Below are positions 8,262-16,056 of a DNA stretch of 39,134 nucleotides, piece by piece. Source of the stretch: a virus. Its lineage: Duplodnaviria > Caudoviricetes. How positions within the stretch are numbered: position 1 is the first letter of the stretch; the number at the start of each line of letters is the position of its first letter. The notes below the pieces were generated by a model. That model ran no database searches, was not told the DNA's origin, and saw only the letters and a program-made list of their open reading frames with translations. A program made the position numbers and the translations under genes. The stretch lies in IMG/VR virus record IMGVR_UViG_3300049712_000015, positions 1 to 39,134 of that record. One strand, 5' to 3'.

Positions 8262-8872
8262 AGTTTCAGTAATTTACTCCTTGCTGCACAAGAATGTGAG
8301 CAGCATTTTTTATTTTTTGCTCGACTCGGTTGTATACTCAAAGATTTAGTGCAGACAATACAATTAACGACAACTCTTTGTAAAGGTCTGGCTTTTCCAG
8401 AACAATAAGAATTACAGAAACGTCTAATTCCAGGTTTCAATTTTCCATCTGCAAACCTATTCAAAAGTTTTTTTCCACACCACAAACAATTAACAACCTC
8501 TGTAGGTTTCTTATTGTACGGCTCTCCTCTATTTTCAGCGTAACAATTGCCACACATTGAGGCATGATTGTTCTTTCCGTGATGCCAGAGTCCTTTTTTT
8601 CCGCAAAATTTACAAGCAATATCCATCACCCCCTTATAGTTAGGATTATTTTTACCCTTTAGGAGTAGAACTTTGCATTCCTTGCTGCAACTTTTCCTCT
8701 TAAAAAACCTAGGCCAAGTTTCATAGACACCATTGCTATAAATCTTTCTCGTTATTGTACAACCACAGGCCTTACATTCTCTGCTATAAAAACCCAGTTT
8801 AACTTGGTCTTGTATCTTATTCACATTTCCCCTGTGTCCTGTATTTAATTTGTAGGATTGTGTTCTTGTCAT
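8258..8872 (-). CDS. Multi-CxxC zinc-finger protein (endonuclease-associated type)
   Basis: Many CxxC and CS..C repeats plus G.NNPNYKG; likely start MTRTQ at 8872. Confidence 0.65.
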   Translation of the reverse strand: MTRTQSYKLNTGHRGNVNKIQDQVKLGFYSRECKACGCTITRKIYSNGVYETWPRFFKRKSCSKECKVLLLKGKNNPNYKGVMDIACKFCGKKGLWHHGKNNHASMCGNCYAENRGEPYNKKPTEVVNCLWCGKKLLNRFADGKLKPGIRRFCNSYCSGKARPLQRVVVNCIVCTKSLSIQPSRAKNKKCCSHSCAARSKLLKL

Positions 8873-8873
8873 A

Positions 8874-9149
8874 TTACACCCATATATTTTTCTGCCAAAT
8901 GTATTTATCCTCTCCTGTTCCGACCACATAGCTCTCAACCCTCTTTGGTTTAACTCGGTAAATGCAGTCGCCTTTATTAGTCGTTTCGTCAGTCTTAATA
9001 TCCCAACCCTCCTTTCTCATCTTCTCAATGATTGCACCCAGTCTAAGTATTTTGTTATAGGGTAGGTTGACGTAGAAATTCCTGGAAACAAAGCCATTCT
9101 TTTTGAGGTCCCTTTCTACACGCTCACGTTGCGAAATTTTATCACTCAT
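8874..9149 (-). CDS. Winged helix-turn-helix protein
   Basis: SQRERV..L..G.VS..LRLGAII..MRKEGWDI.T pattern; likely start MSDK at 9149. Confidence 0.65.
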   Translation of the reverse strand: MSDKISQRERVERDLKKNGFVSRNFYVNLPYNKILRLGAIIEKMRKEGWDIKTDETTNKGDCIYRVKPKRVESYVVGTGEDKYIWQKNIWV

Positions 9150-9358
9150 TATGGCATCATAATTGACACACAAGTCCTACTAAAGGCGTAAAGAGAAGCC
9201 ACGGTAAATTTAGGTTTAGCGGGCATCTTCAATACAGGTATCTCATGTCCAACAACCTCTACGGGTGTTTCGTATTTCTGCACATACCACTCGATAATTT
9301 GTCTGCGGTCTTTGTGCTTATATCCATGCAACTGGACTGGTTGGGTTGGCTTAAACAT
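9149..9358 (-). CDS. Hypothetical protein
   Basis: ORF with 1-nt overlaps at both ends. Confidence 0.6.
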   Translation of the reverse strand: MFKPTQPVQLHGYKHKDRRQIIEWYVQKYETPVEVVGHEIPVLKMPAKPKFTVASLYAFSRTCVSIMMP

Positions 9359-9840
9359 TAGAATGGTTGTTTAACATCGCTCTCGTTTCCGTGATTAGTA
9401 AGAAACCAATTCCTCCATTGTTTTATTTTAAGTTCGATGTCTCCGTCTTCCATTTGTAAGTCCTTGTAGAAGGTCGTAACAATAAGCACAGCGTCTCTCA
9501 TTGCTCCCGCCAGTTTAATTGAGGTTTCCTTAGAGTCTTGGAACTTAGCAATAGACTCATTCTTCTTCTCCATCGCCTTAGCAATGCCTGGATTGCCCTT
9601 AGAACCCCCCGTAGAGGCTGGTTTAGGCGCAAACAGGTAGTTTTTACCAGTAGCACTAGTCCATAGCTCTCCGTCTATCGTAGCCCCTAAGATAATTCCA
9701 TCGAAGTTAGGGAAAGTCTCACCCTTTTTATTGACACGGTTGACTGATACTTCGGCTATCACGTTTCCTTGCTCCCCTTTTATACTTGTAATCTTCCAGT
9801 CGTTACTTTTATTATCCACCTTCTCAATTATGAATTTCAT
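9358..9840 (-). CDS. Putative single-stranded DNA-binding protein
   Basis: Beta-rich N-terminal domain, G-rich linker and a C-terminus ESDVKQPF like SSB acidic tips. Confidence 0.5.
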   Translation of the reverse strand: MKFIIEKVDNKSNDWKITSIKGEQGNVIAEVSVNRVNKKGETFPNFDGIILGATIDGELWTSATGKNYLFAPKPASTGGSKGNPGIAKAMEKKNESIAKFQDSKETSIKLAGAMRDAVLIVTTFYKDLQMEDGDIELKIKQWRNWFLTNHGNESDVKQPF

Positions 9841-9844
9841 TTGT

Positions 9845-10078
9845 TTAATAGTTAGGATTCATACTCTCTCTAAGACCGTCTACTGTTACTCCATATTCCT
9901 TATCCAGTATCCAAGCGATTTTTCTAGCTCTGTCTATTTGACCCCTATCCACTAGATTTTCAAACAGTTCGTGGAATAAATATCTTTGCTTGTCATGCTC
10001 CATTATCTGTAAGACAGTGCGAGGGTCATTTTCTAGCTGGAAGTTTTCGAGGAAGTCTCCTTCTTTAAATTTTGTCAT
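9845..10078 (-). CDS. Hypothetical protein
   Basis: ORF packed in the leftward operon. Confidence 0.65.
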   Translation of the reverse strand: MTKFKEGDFLENFQLENDPRTVLQIMEHDKQRYLFHELFENLVDRGQIDRARKIAWILDKEYGVTVDGLRESMNPNY

Positions 10079-10265
10079 TTAATAAATCTTTAAGTTGAGT
10101 TCTAATAATTCTCTCAAGCCTTCCGACCTTTTCCTCATGGATTTCTAGGACTAGAGGGATAGTCTCTTTGTCTGGGATGTCCACTTCGGTTCTAGCGACT
10201 ACCTCGTTAAAGGATTCACCATCGTCTTTAATTATCTCGTACACCGTGCTGATTAGTAGTTTCAT
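10065..10265 (-). CDS. Hypothetical protein
   Basis: ORF packed in the leftward operon. Confidence 0.65.
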   Translation of the reverse strand: MKLLISTVYEIIKDDGESFNEVVARTEVDIPDKETIPLVLEIHEEKVGRLERIIRTQLKDLLNDKI

Positions 10266-10266
10266 A

Positions 10267-10368
10267 TTATTGAGGTGTCATTACTAATAAATAGAAAACT
10301 ATAAATCCGTAAACCGTCAGTGCTCCAACGAATGCTCCAACTAATTCCAATGTTTGTTTTTTTGTCAT
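10267..10368 (-). CDS. 33-aa single-TM peptide
   Basis: MTKKQTLELVGAFVGALTVYGFIVFYLLVMTPQ; stop 1 nt before the next start. Confidence 0.55.
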   Translation of the reverse strand: MTKKQTLELVGAFVGALTVYGFIVFYLLVMTPQ

Positions 10369-10535
10369 TTGATTCTTTTTTTTATTTCATTGATATGCGG
10401 CTGAGTAGATTTCAGACGATTTCGTTCTTTCGAGATTCTTTAAGTGACTTGGTAGCACCTGAATCCAGAGAGACGTTCCTTTCTTACTTTCCACCCATGC
10501 GTATATCAATGAACTGTTATTAAACCTACTCTTAT

Positions 10536-10563
10536 AGTATATATCGGATAATATATCATGCAA
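10536..10563 (-). promoter_or_regulatory. Leftward sigma70 promoter with operator-like motif
   Basis: TTGCAT-16-TATACT on the minus strand, overlapping TATATATCGGATA (10538-10550). Confidence 0.6.
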
Positions 10564-10882
10564 GTACCACATGTTGATAACTTTCATTCTCCACAATATT
10601 CCTTTTATAAGTCAACTATCTGAGATTTAGATAAGTTCCCCCATCCGATAATGACTATCTTTGATGTTAAAAGCTATGAATATAAGACCATCTAAATTAG
10701 AACTCGTATCCAATCTCTTACAGTCCGTGATGTAAGCTCTCGCCCTCCAAGCAGCCTACTTAAAAATGAAATGACACATCTTTAAACAGACTGTTCGGAA
10801 GGGAAGGCGCTTGCGTTCTCTTTAAGGAGCGTTTTTGTTTGGAGGTTGCCCTTAAATCTCCCTTTCTTATATTGTTTATCTC

Positions 10883-10938
10883 AAAAGAAAAAACCCTTTC
10901 ACGATACTCCAGGTCATCCTAGAGAATCATGAAAAGGT
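10883..10938 (-). terminator. Long-stem intrinsic terminator
   Basis: Minus strand ACCTTTTCATGATTCTCTAGG-ATGA-CCTGGAGTATCGTGAAAGGGT (20 of 21 bp paired, including G-U), then TTTTTCTTTT. Confidence 0.75.
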
Positions 10939-10998
10939 TCTGATTGACTCTTCCTAGTTGCTTGGACATATCGTGGTTAGATTTTCTCTAACCCCTTA

Positions 10999-11026
10999 AT
11001 AATAACATGCACACAAATAGCGTCAA
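10999..11026 (-). promoter_or_regulatory. Leftward sigma70 promoter
   Basis: TTGACG-16-TATTAT with TG extension on the minus strand. Confidence 0.6.
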
Positions 11027-11062
11027 CTACATACTTATCCACTACTTTATCCCCATATTATT

Positions 11063-11090
11063 TTGACTTATATATCGGATATGATAGCAT
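11063..11090 (+). promoter_or_regulatory. Rightward sigma70 promoter with operator-like motif, leaderless start
   Basis: TTGACT-16-TAGCAT (TG extended); spacer contains TATATATCGGATA; ATG is 6 nt downstream. Confidence 0.6.
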
Positions 11091-11096
11091 GACAAT

Positions 11097-11264
11097 ATGA
11101 AAGAAAAATTAGTCGGTGTGCTCTACCGCATAAAACCAGAGCATAAGAAACATATTAAAAGGGTAGCCAAGAGAGAAAAAGAGAGTGAGTCGGGAGTAGT
11201 TAGGAATTTAATAGTCAAAGATATGGTCGGTCATGAAATAGCAGTTGAGATTAAACATAAATAA
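11097..11264 (+). CDS. 55-aa ribbon-helix-helix-like regulator (not in the ORF track)
   Basis: MKEKLVGVLYRIKPEHKKHIKRVAKREKESESGVVRNLI fits an RHH pattern (beta strand, helix, S.S.VVR.LI). Confidence 0.6.
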   Translation: MKEKLVGVLYRIKPEHKKHIKRVAKREKESESGVVRNLIVKDMVGHEIAVEIKHK

Positions 11265-11268
11265 TAAA

Positions 11269-11427
11269 TTGAAAAATCAAACTTTGGCTATGGCGGTGAT
11301 GATTAGTGGGATTATTACTTGGGCTAGTGCTTTTACTGAGATAAACACATCATTTATAGGTCTCTGCATGGTAGTTTTCTCTGTCTTTGCTTTTATGGCA
11401 GCCCATAGACTTAATAAGGTTAATTAA
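11269..11427 (+). CDS. Small two-TM membrane protein
   Basis: Two hydrophobic stretches; start uncertain (TTG 11269 or ATG 11290). Confidence 0.55.
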   Translation: MKNQTLAMAVMISGIITWASAFTEINTSFIGLCMVVFSVFAFMAAHRLNKVN

Positions 11428-11633
11428 AGTGCTGTATTTTAAGCTCTCAAAGAAGGGTTTTACAGAGAGCTGAGTCGAGAAATCTTACAACATACAATGT
11501 GTTGCCTGGGTAAATATTCTAAGCGTAATTATTCAAGTGTTGTAGAAACAAAGTTTGTTCGTGCGGCTATTAAGAAGGTAATGAGGAATTGGAAAATTAC
11601 TAGATAAGTAGTGCGCCCGAAGTAACTAAGGGT

Positions 11634-11750
11634 GTATTGGAGGTTGTGGGAGATATTGAAGGATGTTGGCTATCGGAAGGTAGTCAAAGGGATTTCTCGG
11701 AGGAATCTATTAGTTTACTCCATTCAATATTTCGCCCCAGCCCCTAATAC
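11634..11750 (+). ncRNA. Candidate structured RNA (multibranch)
   Basis: Closing helix GTATT..AGATATTGAA / TTCAATATTT..AATAC; internal TTGGCTATC-GGAA-GGTAGTCAA GNRA hairpin and a GATTTCT/AGGAATC hairpin; several G-U pairs. Confidence 0.5.
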
Positions 11751-11758
11751 AAAGAAAC

Positions 11759-11884
11759 ATGGACAACAAAACACAGATACGACTGAACAAGATATGTAAG
11801 AAGTTAGCAGTACTGGACTTCAAGTTGCACGAGTTCATTGAGATAGTAAACGCAGAGTTAAGAAGATTGAAAAAGAAAAAGTAA
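11759..11884 (+). CDS. 41-aa basic helical peptide
   Basis: MDNKTQIRLNKICKKLAVLDFKLHEFIEIVNAELRRLKKKK. Confidence 0.5.
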   Translation: MDNKTQIRLNKICKKLAVLDFKLHEFIEIVNAELRRLKKKK

Positions 11885-11917
11885 ATTAAAGGCCGAGACA
11901 GTTAATCGGCCTGATTA

Positions 11918-12021
11918 TGGGTAGTGGCAGAGTGGTCGATTGCACCCGATGTTAAGCAATTGGGTTTATCACGAAAGCTATTGCGTGAGTTACACGAAAG
12001 GTTCAAATCCTTTCCTACCCA
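11918..12021 (+). tRNA. Atypical class II tRNA-like gene (anticodon ambiguous; possibly Leu-TAA, Tyr-derived or a pseudo-tRNA)
   Basis: Acceptor TGGGTAG/CTACCCA, D-arm GCAGAGTGGTCGATTGC, T-arm AAAGG-TTCAAAT-CCTTT and a long variable arm; the anticodon loop is enlarged. Confidence 0.6.
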
Positions 12022-12039
12022 CTAGTAATTAAAAATAAC

Positions 12040-12195
12040 ATGTTAGAAGTCATCCACAGTATAGGTATGGTCGCCACAGAGTACATAAACAAATGGATTA
12101 AGTGGAAGCCGAAGGAAGTTAAGGTAGTTAAAGAGGTGAAGTTGGAGAAGTTGGGTGGGTTTATTAGGAAGAATAATTGGCCGAAATTAAAATGA
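12040..12195 (+). CDS. 51-aa basic hypothetical protein
   Basis: ATG 12040 to TGA, with an ATGA overlap into the next gene. Confidence 0.5.
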   Translation: MLEVIHSIGMVATEYINKWIKWKPKEVKVVKEVKLEKLGGFIRKNNWPKLK

Positions 12196-12479
12196 ACTAT
12201 GAGTTAGCCAAAAAGTTGAAGGATGCGGGTTTTCCAATACAAGAATGGATTCAACATAAAGATGGTAGTCGTCAGCCTTACCTTCCCACCCTCTCCGAGC
12301 TTATAGAGGCGTGTTCCGAGTTTTCTTCATTAACCAAAAGTCCACGAAATACTTGGTACACAGCAAAGCAACAGGGTTATCCAAACAATACATACGAATT
12401 AGTGGTTGGGGATGAGTATCCAACCCCCGAAGAAGCTGTCGCCAATTTATGGTTAGCATTAAATTCTAAATCCAAATGA
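12192..12479 (+). CDS. Conserved phage hypothetical protein
   Basis: MNYELAKKLKDAGFP..PTLSELIEAC..TPEEAVANLWLAL pattern seen in many small phage proteins. Confidence 0.7.
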   Translation: MNYELAKKLKDAGFPIQEWIQHKDGSRQPYLPTLSELIEACSEFSSLTKSPRNTWYTAKQQGYPNNTYELVVGDEYPTPEEAVANLWLALNSKSK

Positions 12480-13060
12480 AAAACAAACCAGAGGAGGTAA
12501 AAATAACTCTAGCTCCTAAACCAATAAATTCTAATCAAATAAAGCTCTGTACTCATATAACGTATCAGGGTCTAAGAGACTGTCCTAATTGTGGTAATAG
12601 TAGTACCTACGTTGACGCTAGAACCCCAGAGGAAAAGGCAAGTGAGCCGAAGAGTTTTATGACAACTACAGCTGATTTTGAGAGCGGTAAAGGGAAGTGT
12701 GGGAAGGAGTGTCTCAGGGGATGTAGAGACGTAAATCCTTTAATTTGCGAATGTTCCTGCCATACCATTGTAGAGAAAGGGAAGTGTGTCTGTGGAGAGC
12801 AAGAATTACTTGGAAACGGAGAATTAGAGATTGGTGGGGTTTGCCATAGACCGAATAATCCTTGTTATTGCATCGTTGTAGAGAACACCCTAGAGGGATG
12901 GGATAGTATCATGGATAAATTCTTTGCTATCTGTAAGGAACTTCACCTGAAAGAGGAAACCGTAAGCGGAAAATGTGAATGGGCTGGATTGAAAGATTTA
13001 ATCGTTAAGGCTTATGACCTCGGTAAATCTGAAGCAGAGAAACTCCTAGCCGATAAATAG
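12476..13060 (+). CDS. Cys-rich hypothetical protein (possibly extends through TAG to 13171)
   Basis: Multiple Cys clusters; the frame stays open for 36 codons after the TAG. Confidence 0.65.
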   Translation: MKNKPEEVKITLAPKPINSNQIKLCTHITYQGLRDCPNCGNSSTYVDARTPEEKASEPKSFMTTTADFESGKGKCGKECLRGCRDVNPLICECSCHTIVEKGKCVCGEQELLGNGELEIGGVCHRPNNPCYCIVVENTLEGWDSIMDKFFAICKELHLKEETVSGKCEWAGLKDLIVKAYDLGKSEAEKLLADK

Positions 13061-13175
13061 GAGGAGGTGTTGAGAATATTGGAGGAGATGGGAACAGCGA
13101 ATGTACGAAGAAATTACAATCAATATCTGATTGATGTCGCCTCCCGCATTAGAAGCATTAAACAAAAGTAATATC

Positions 13176-13439
13176 ATGGCTATAGGTAAATGTTTGAAAT
13201 GCGATGTTATAAGTCAAATGACGGAAGACCATATTATCCCTAAGTGGTTTAGGAAAATGCTTCCAGAATTTGGTATTAAAATCCCCGCTCAAAATGAGAT
13301 ACAAATGGTGTGCCAGAAGTGTAATAGTACAAAAGGAGGAAAACTGGACTATTCCCACTCTACAACTAGGGACTTCATGAAGAAAATAACTACCGATATT
13401 GTAGTTGAAATTAGAAAGCACGAAACATTTAATCTTTAA
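13176..13439 (+). CDS. HNH-type nuclease/zinc protein
   Basis: CLKC..TEDHIIPK..VCQKCNSTKG; likely start MAIGK at 13176. Confidence 0.75.
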   Translation: MAIGKCLKCDVISQMTEDHIIPKWFRKMLPEFGIKIPAQNEIQMVCQKCNSTKGGKLDYSHSTTRDFMKKITTDIVVEIRKHETFNL

Positions 13440-13443
13440 TCCA

Positions 13444-13695
13444 ATGACTAAACACATATCGTGGAGGGAGAGGTTTGATGAGAAGTTTCAACCCATACCT
13501 GCTAAGTATCGTAACTTAATGACGGGCGCATTTAATAACGAACTCAAATCTCTAGCTAGTGAGGTGAGAGGCAAGAAACATCCTGTACCATCATTTAAAA
13601 GTGATGCAAAGAATATAGATTTTCAGGAATTACTGATGATGAATGCTTACAATGAGGCTTGCGAAGACATAGCTAAACTAATAGAAAATTATTAA
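13444..13695 (+). CDS. Hypothetical protein
   Basis: WRERFDEKF..AYNEACEDI pattern; likely start 13444. Confidence 0.65.
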   Translation: MTKHISWRERFDEKFQPIPAKYRNLMTGAFNNELKSLASEVRGKKHPVPSFKSDAKNIDFQELLMMNAYNEACEDIAKLIENY

Positions 13696-13696
13696 G

Positions 13697-13834
13697 ATGA
13701 AAACAATACTAATATCTGCTCTGTTGGGTTACGCAGCTTTCCCATTTTCGATTTATTTAACAATGAAATTCGCACAGTTTTTAGCTTGGTTGATTGACCA
13801 TAAAGAGAGACAAGAGCCAGGCCATACGCTATAA
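13697..13834 (+). CDS. 45-aa membrane peptide
   Basis: MKTILISALLGYAAFPFSIYLTMKFAQFLAWL...; starts 1 nt after the previous stop. Confidence 0.5.
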   Translation: MKTILISALLGYAAFPFSIYLTMKFAQFLAWLIDHKERQEPGHTL

Positions 13835-13844
13835 TTAAAGGGAA

Positions 13845-14099
13845 ATGACGGTAACAATTGAACCTACTAATTGCGAACACTGCAAGAAAAAAACGCTGCA
13901 ATGTATCTCTGCTGGTAAGAAAGAGAATGGGTCAAGGTGGATAGTTACCGTATGCCAGGAATGTTTAATAGCTTCTGGTGATGGTCTCAATTCACACCTA
14001 CTCTCTCGTCTTACTCAAACAGAATCAGCCACAACGTTTATTCCACAGTTTCTCCCGCCTCTAATAGGAGACAGTACCCGTAGATTTGCTGGTACTTAA
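13845..14099 (+). CDS. Zinc-ribbon hypothetical protein
   Basis: CEHC..CQEC. Confidence 0.55.
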   Translation: MTVTIEPTNCEHCKKKTLQCISAGKKENGSRWIVTVCQECLIASGDGLNSHLLSRLTQTESATTFIPQFLPPLIGDSTRRFAGT

Positions 14100-14100
14100 C

Positions 14101-14130
14101 AAGGGGGACGTAATACTCCCTCTTTTCTTT
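14101..14130 (+). terminator. Intrinsic terminator
   Basis: AAGGGGGA..TCCCTCTT stem followed by TTCTTT. Confidence 0.6.
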
Positions 14131-14182
14131 GAAATAATGAATAGGAATATGTAGTACTACAGTTGAGTTAAGTAAAGTTAAG

Positions 14183-14449
14183 ATGAAAACAAGAAGTGAA
14201 GTTTTGGGCCAGGAAGTTAAGTTAGGTGTGGATGTCGTTAATTCGCAGATTAAGTTTTTACAGGGAAGGGTATTGACCATAGTGGAAGCGGCAATAAGCG
14301 ATAGAAATCAGCTAAAAGCCGTAAAGGACCTTATCAACACTAGTTTTAGTAATCAGTTGATGTATGTACTTCAACTAGGTTATCCAAAGACAATGATGAT
14401 GACTGGTGACCAGGCTGCAAATGTGTTGGAAATGAAAGAGGTTAAATAA
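14183..14449 (+). CDS. Hypothetical helical protein flanked by a 16-bp inverted repeat
   Basis: L.GRVLTIVEA....QLKAVKDLI pattern. Confidence 0.7.
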   Translation: MKTRSEVLGQEVKLGVDVVNSQIKFLQGRVLTIVEAAISDRNQLKAVKDLINTSFSNQLMYVLQLGYPKTMMMTGDQAANVLEMKEVK

Positions 14450-14504
14450 TTATCAAATCCTCGACTGTAGTATTATGGATTTCTGTGGTATAGTTTTAAT
14501 ACAA

Positions 14505-14828
14505 ATGGAAACTCAAGAGCAGCATAAAAAGCAGTACGATTGGCTTAAAGGCTATCAATTTGTAAAAGGACAGAGCGGTAACCCTGGAGGTAGAGTAAAA
14601 GGCTCTAAATCTATGAAGACCTTTGCTCGTGAGTATTTAGAAGCTCTACCTGATGACGAGAAGCTAGAATTTATGAGTAAATTACCAGCAGAACTAGTAT
14701 GGAAAATGAGTGAGGGCATGCCTAAACAAGATACAGACATCACAAGTGCAGGTAGACCTATTATCCAGTTACCAGAAGAAGTAGTTGCTAAAAATGCGCT
14801 TAACACCCAGCCAGAGTCAAATAGCTAA
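14505..14828 (+). CDS. terS: Terminase small subunit (DUF5681-like)
   Basis: FVKGQSGNPGGR.KG motif; immediately upstream of TerL; TGGTATAGT at 14486-14494. Confidence 0.8.
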   Translation: METQEQHKKQYDWLKGYQFVKGQSGNPGGRVKGSKSMKTFAREYLEALPDDEKLEFMSKLPAELVWKMSEGMPKQDTDITSAGRPIIQLPEEVVAKNALNTQPESNS

Positions 14829-16038
14829 AGATACGCACCGCTTCCGTGTTCTATGTTGTGGACGTAGATTCGGTAAGACAGTACTCGCTATTGAAGAGAT
14901 GATAGGAGTGGCTATAGCTAAGAAGGATAGACGAGTAGCTTACTTTGCTCCGACTCGTGATGATGCTAGAGAAATCACCTGGTCTATGCTTATTAAAAAG
15001 TGTGAGAACGTCATTACCTACAAGAACGAATCACTACTTCAGATAAAGATAATGACCCAAGATGGCGGGGAATCCATGATTGCTCTATACGGTTGGGAAT
15101 CAGTACAGGAAAGAGGCAAGGGTAGAGGACTGGCTAATGATTTTATAGTCTGTGACGAAGTCTCTTCGTATCGTAACTTCTGGATTGGTTGGAATGAAGT
15201 ACTCTCACCAACGCTAATTGATAGAAAGGGCAGTGCTATGTTCATCTCTACGCCTAAAGGTTTTAATCACTTCTATGACCTATATGGCATGGAGTTAAAA
15301 GACCCAAATTATAAATCATTTCATTTTACATCCTTTGACAACCCATACATACCAGCAGAAGAAATCGAAAGAGAGAAGCTATCGAAACCCGAAGACACGT
15401 TCGCCCAAGAATACATGGCAGACTTCAGGAAACAGCAAGGTCTCGTCTACAAAGAATTTAGCCGTGAAAGGCATGTGTATGACACTGCACCCGATAGCTT
15501 TGTTGAGAGCTTTGCGGGTATTGACTTCGGATTTACAAACCCCACCGCAGTTATCCATGTTAAAAGAGACTCAGATGAGAATTACTATGTTACGGAAGAA
15601 TGGTACAAAACAGGTAGAACAGAAGAACAAATAGCTGAATACGTTAAATCCTGCAGGTTCAATCAAGTCTACCCAGACCCAGAGTCTCCTAGTGCTATAG
15701 AAGTTCTTAACTCCAAAGGAATAAACGTAGTCGAAGTAATTAAAAATAAAGACTCAATCAAGAATGGTATTGATAGAGTTAGACAACTACTCAAACAAGG
15801 GAAACTACGTATCCATAAATCTTGCGTGAATTTAATCAGTGAGTTAGAAACCTATTCATACCCTGAGAAAAGACCTGACCATAACGAGGATGAGAACCCA
15901 ATCAAAGAACACGACCACGCTCTCGATGCTCTACGTTATGCTTTGTGTACAAATAAAAATACTAGTGTGCTGACTCCTGAACAAAGAGCAAGACAATTTT
16001 ATGAAGCTAGAAGAAACTTGTCGTCTAATACTAGATAG
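14794..16038 (+). CDS. terL: Terminase large subunit
   Basis: Walker A CGRRFGKT, Walker B IVCDE, STPKG.N.FY, and nuclease motifs GIDFGF.NP and HDHALDALRY. Confidence 0.97.
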   Translation: MRLTPSQSQIAKDTHRFRVLCCGRRFGKTVLAIEEMIGVAIAKKDRRVAYFAPTRDDAREITWSMLIKKCENVITYKNESLLQIKIMTQDGGESMIALYGWESVQERGKGRGLANDFIVCDEVSSYRNFWIGWNEVLSPTLIDRKGSAMFISTPKGFNHFYDLYGMELKDPNYKSFHFTSFDNPYIPAEEIEREKLSKPEDTFAQEYMADFRKQQGLVYKEFSRERHVYDTAPDSFVESFAGIDFGFTNPTAVIHVKRDSDENYYVTEEWYKTGRTEEQIAEYVKSCRFNQVYPDPESPSAIEVLNSKGINVVEVIKNKDSIKNGIDRVRQLLKQGKLRIHKSCVNLISELETYSYPEKRPDHNEDENPIKEHDHALDALRYALCTNKNTSVLTPEQRARQFYEARRNLSSNTR

Positions 16039-16056
16039 GTGTGGTATTATAAATAG

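Noticed and set aside
10320-10596. ORFs 10320-10523 (+) and 10387-10596 (-)
   Set aside because: They overlap promoter/operator elements, have non-ATG starts and show no protein-like features.
11918-12021. tRNA as an attP site of a temperate phage
   Set aside because: No integrase or recombinase gene is recognisable in the genome.
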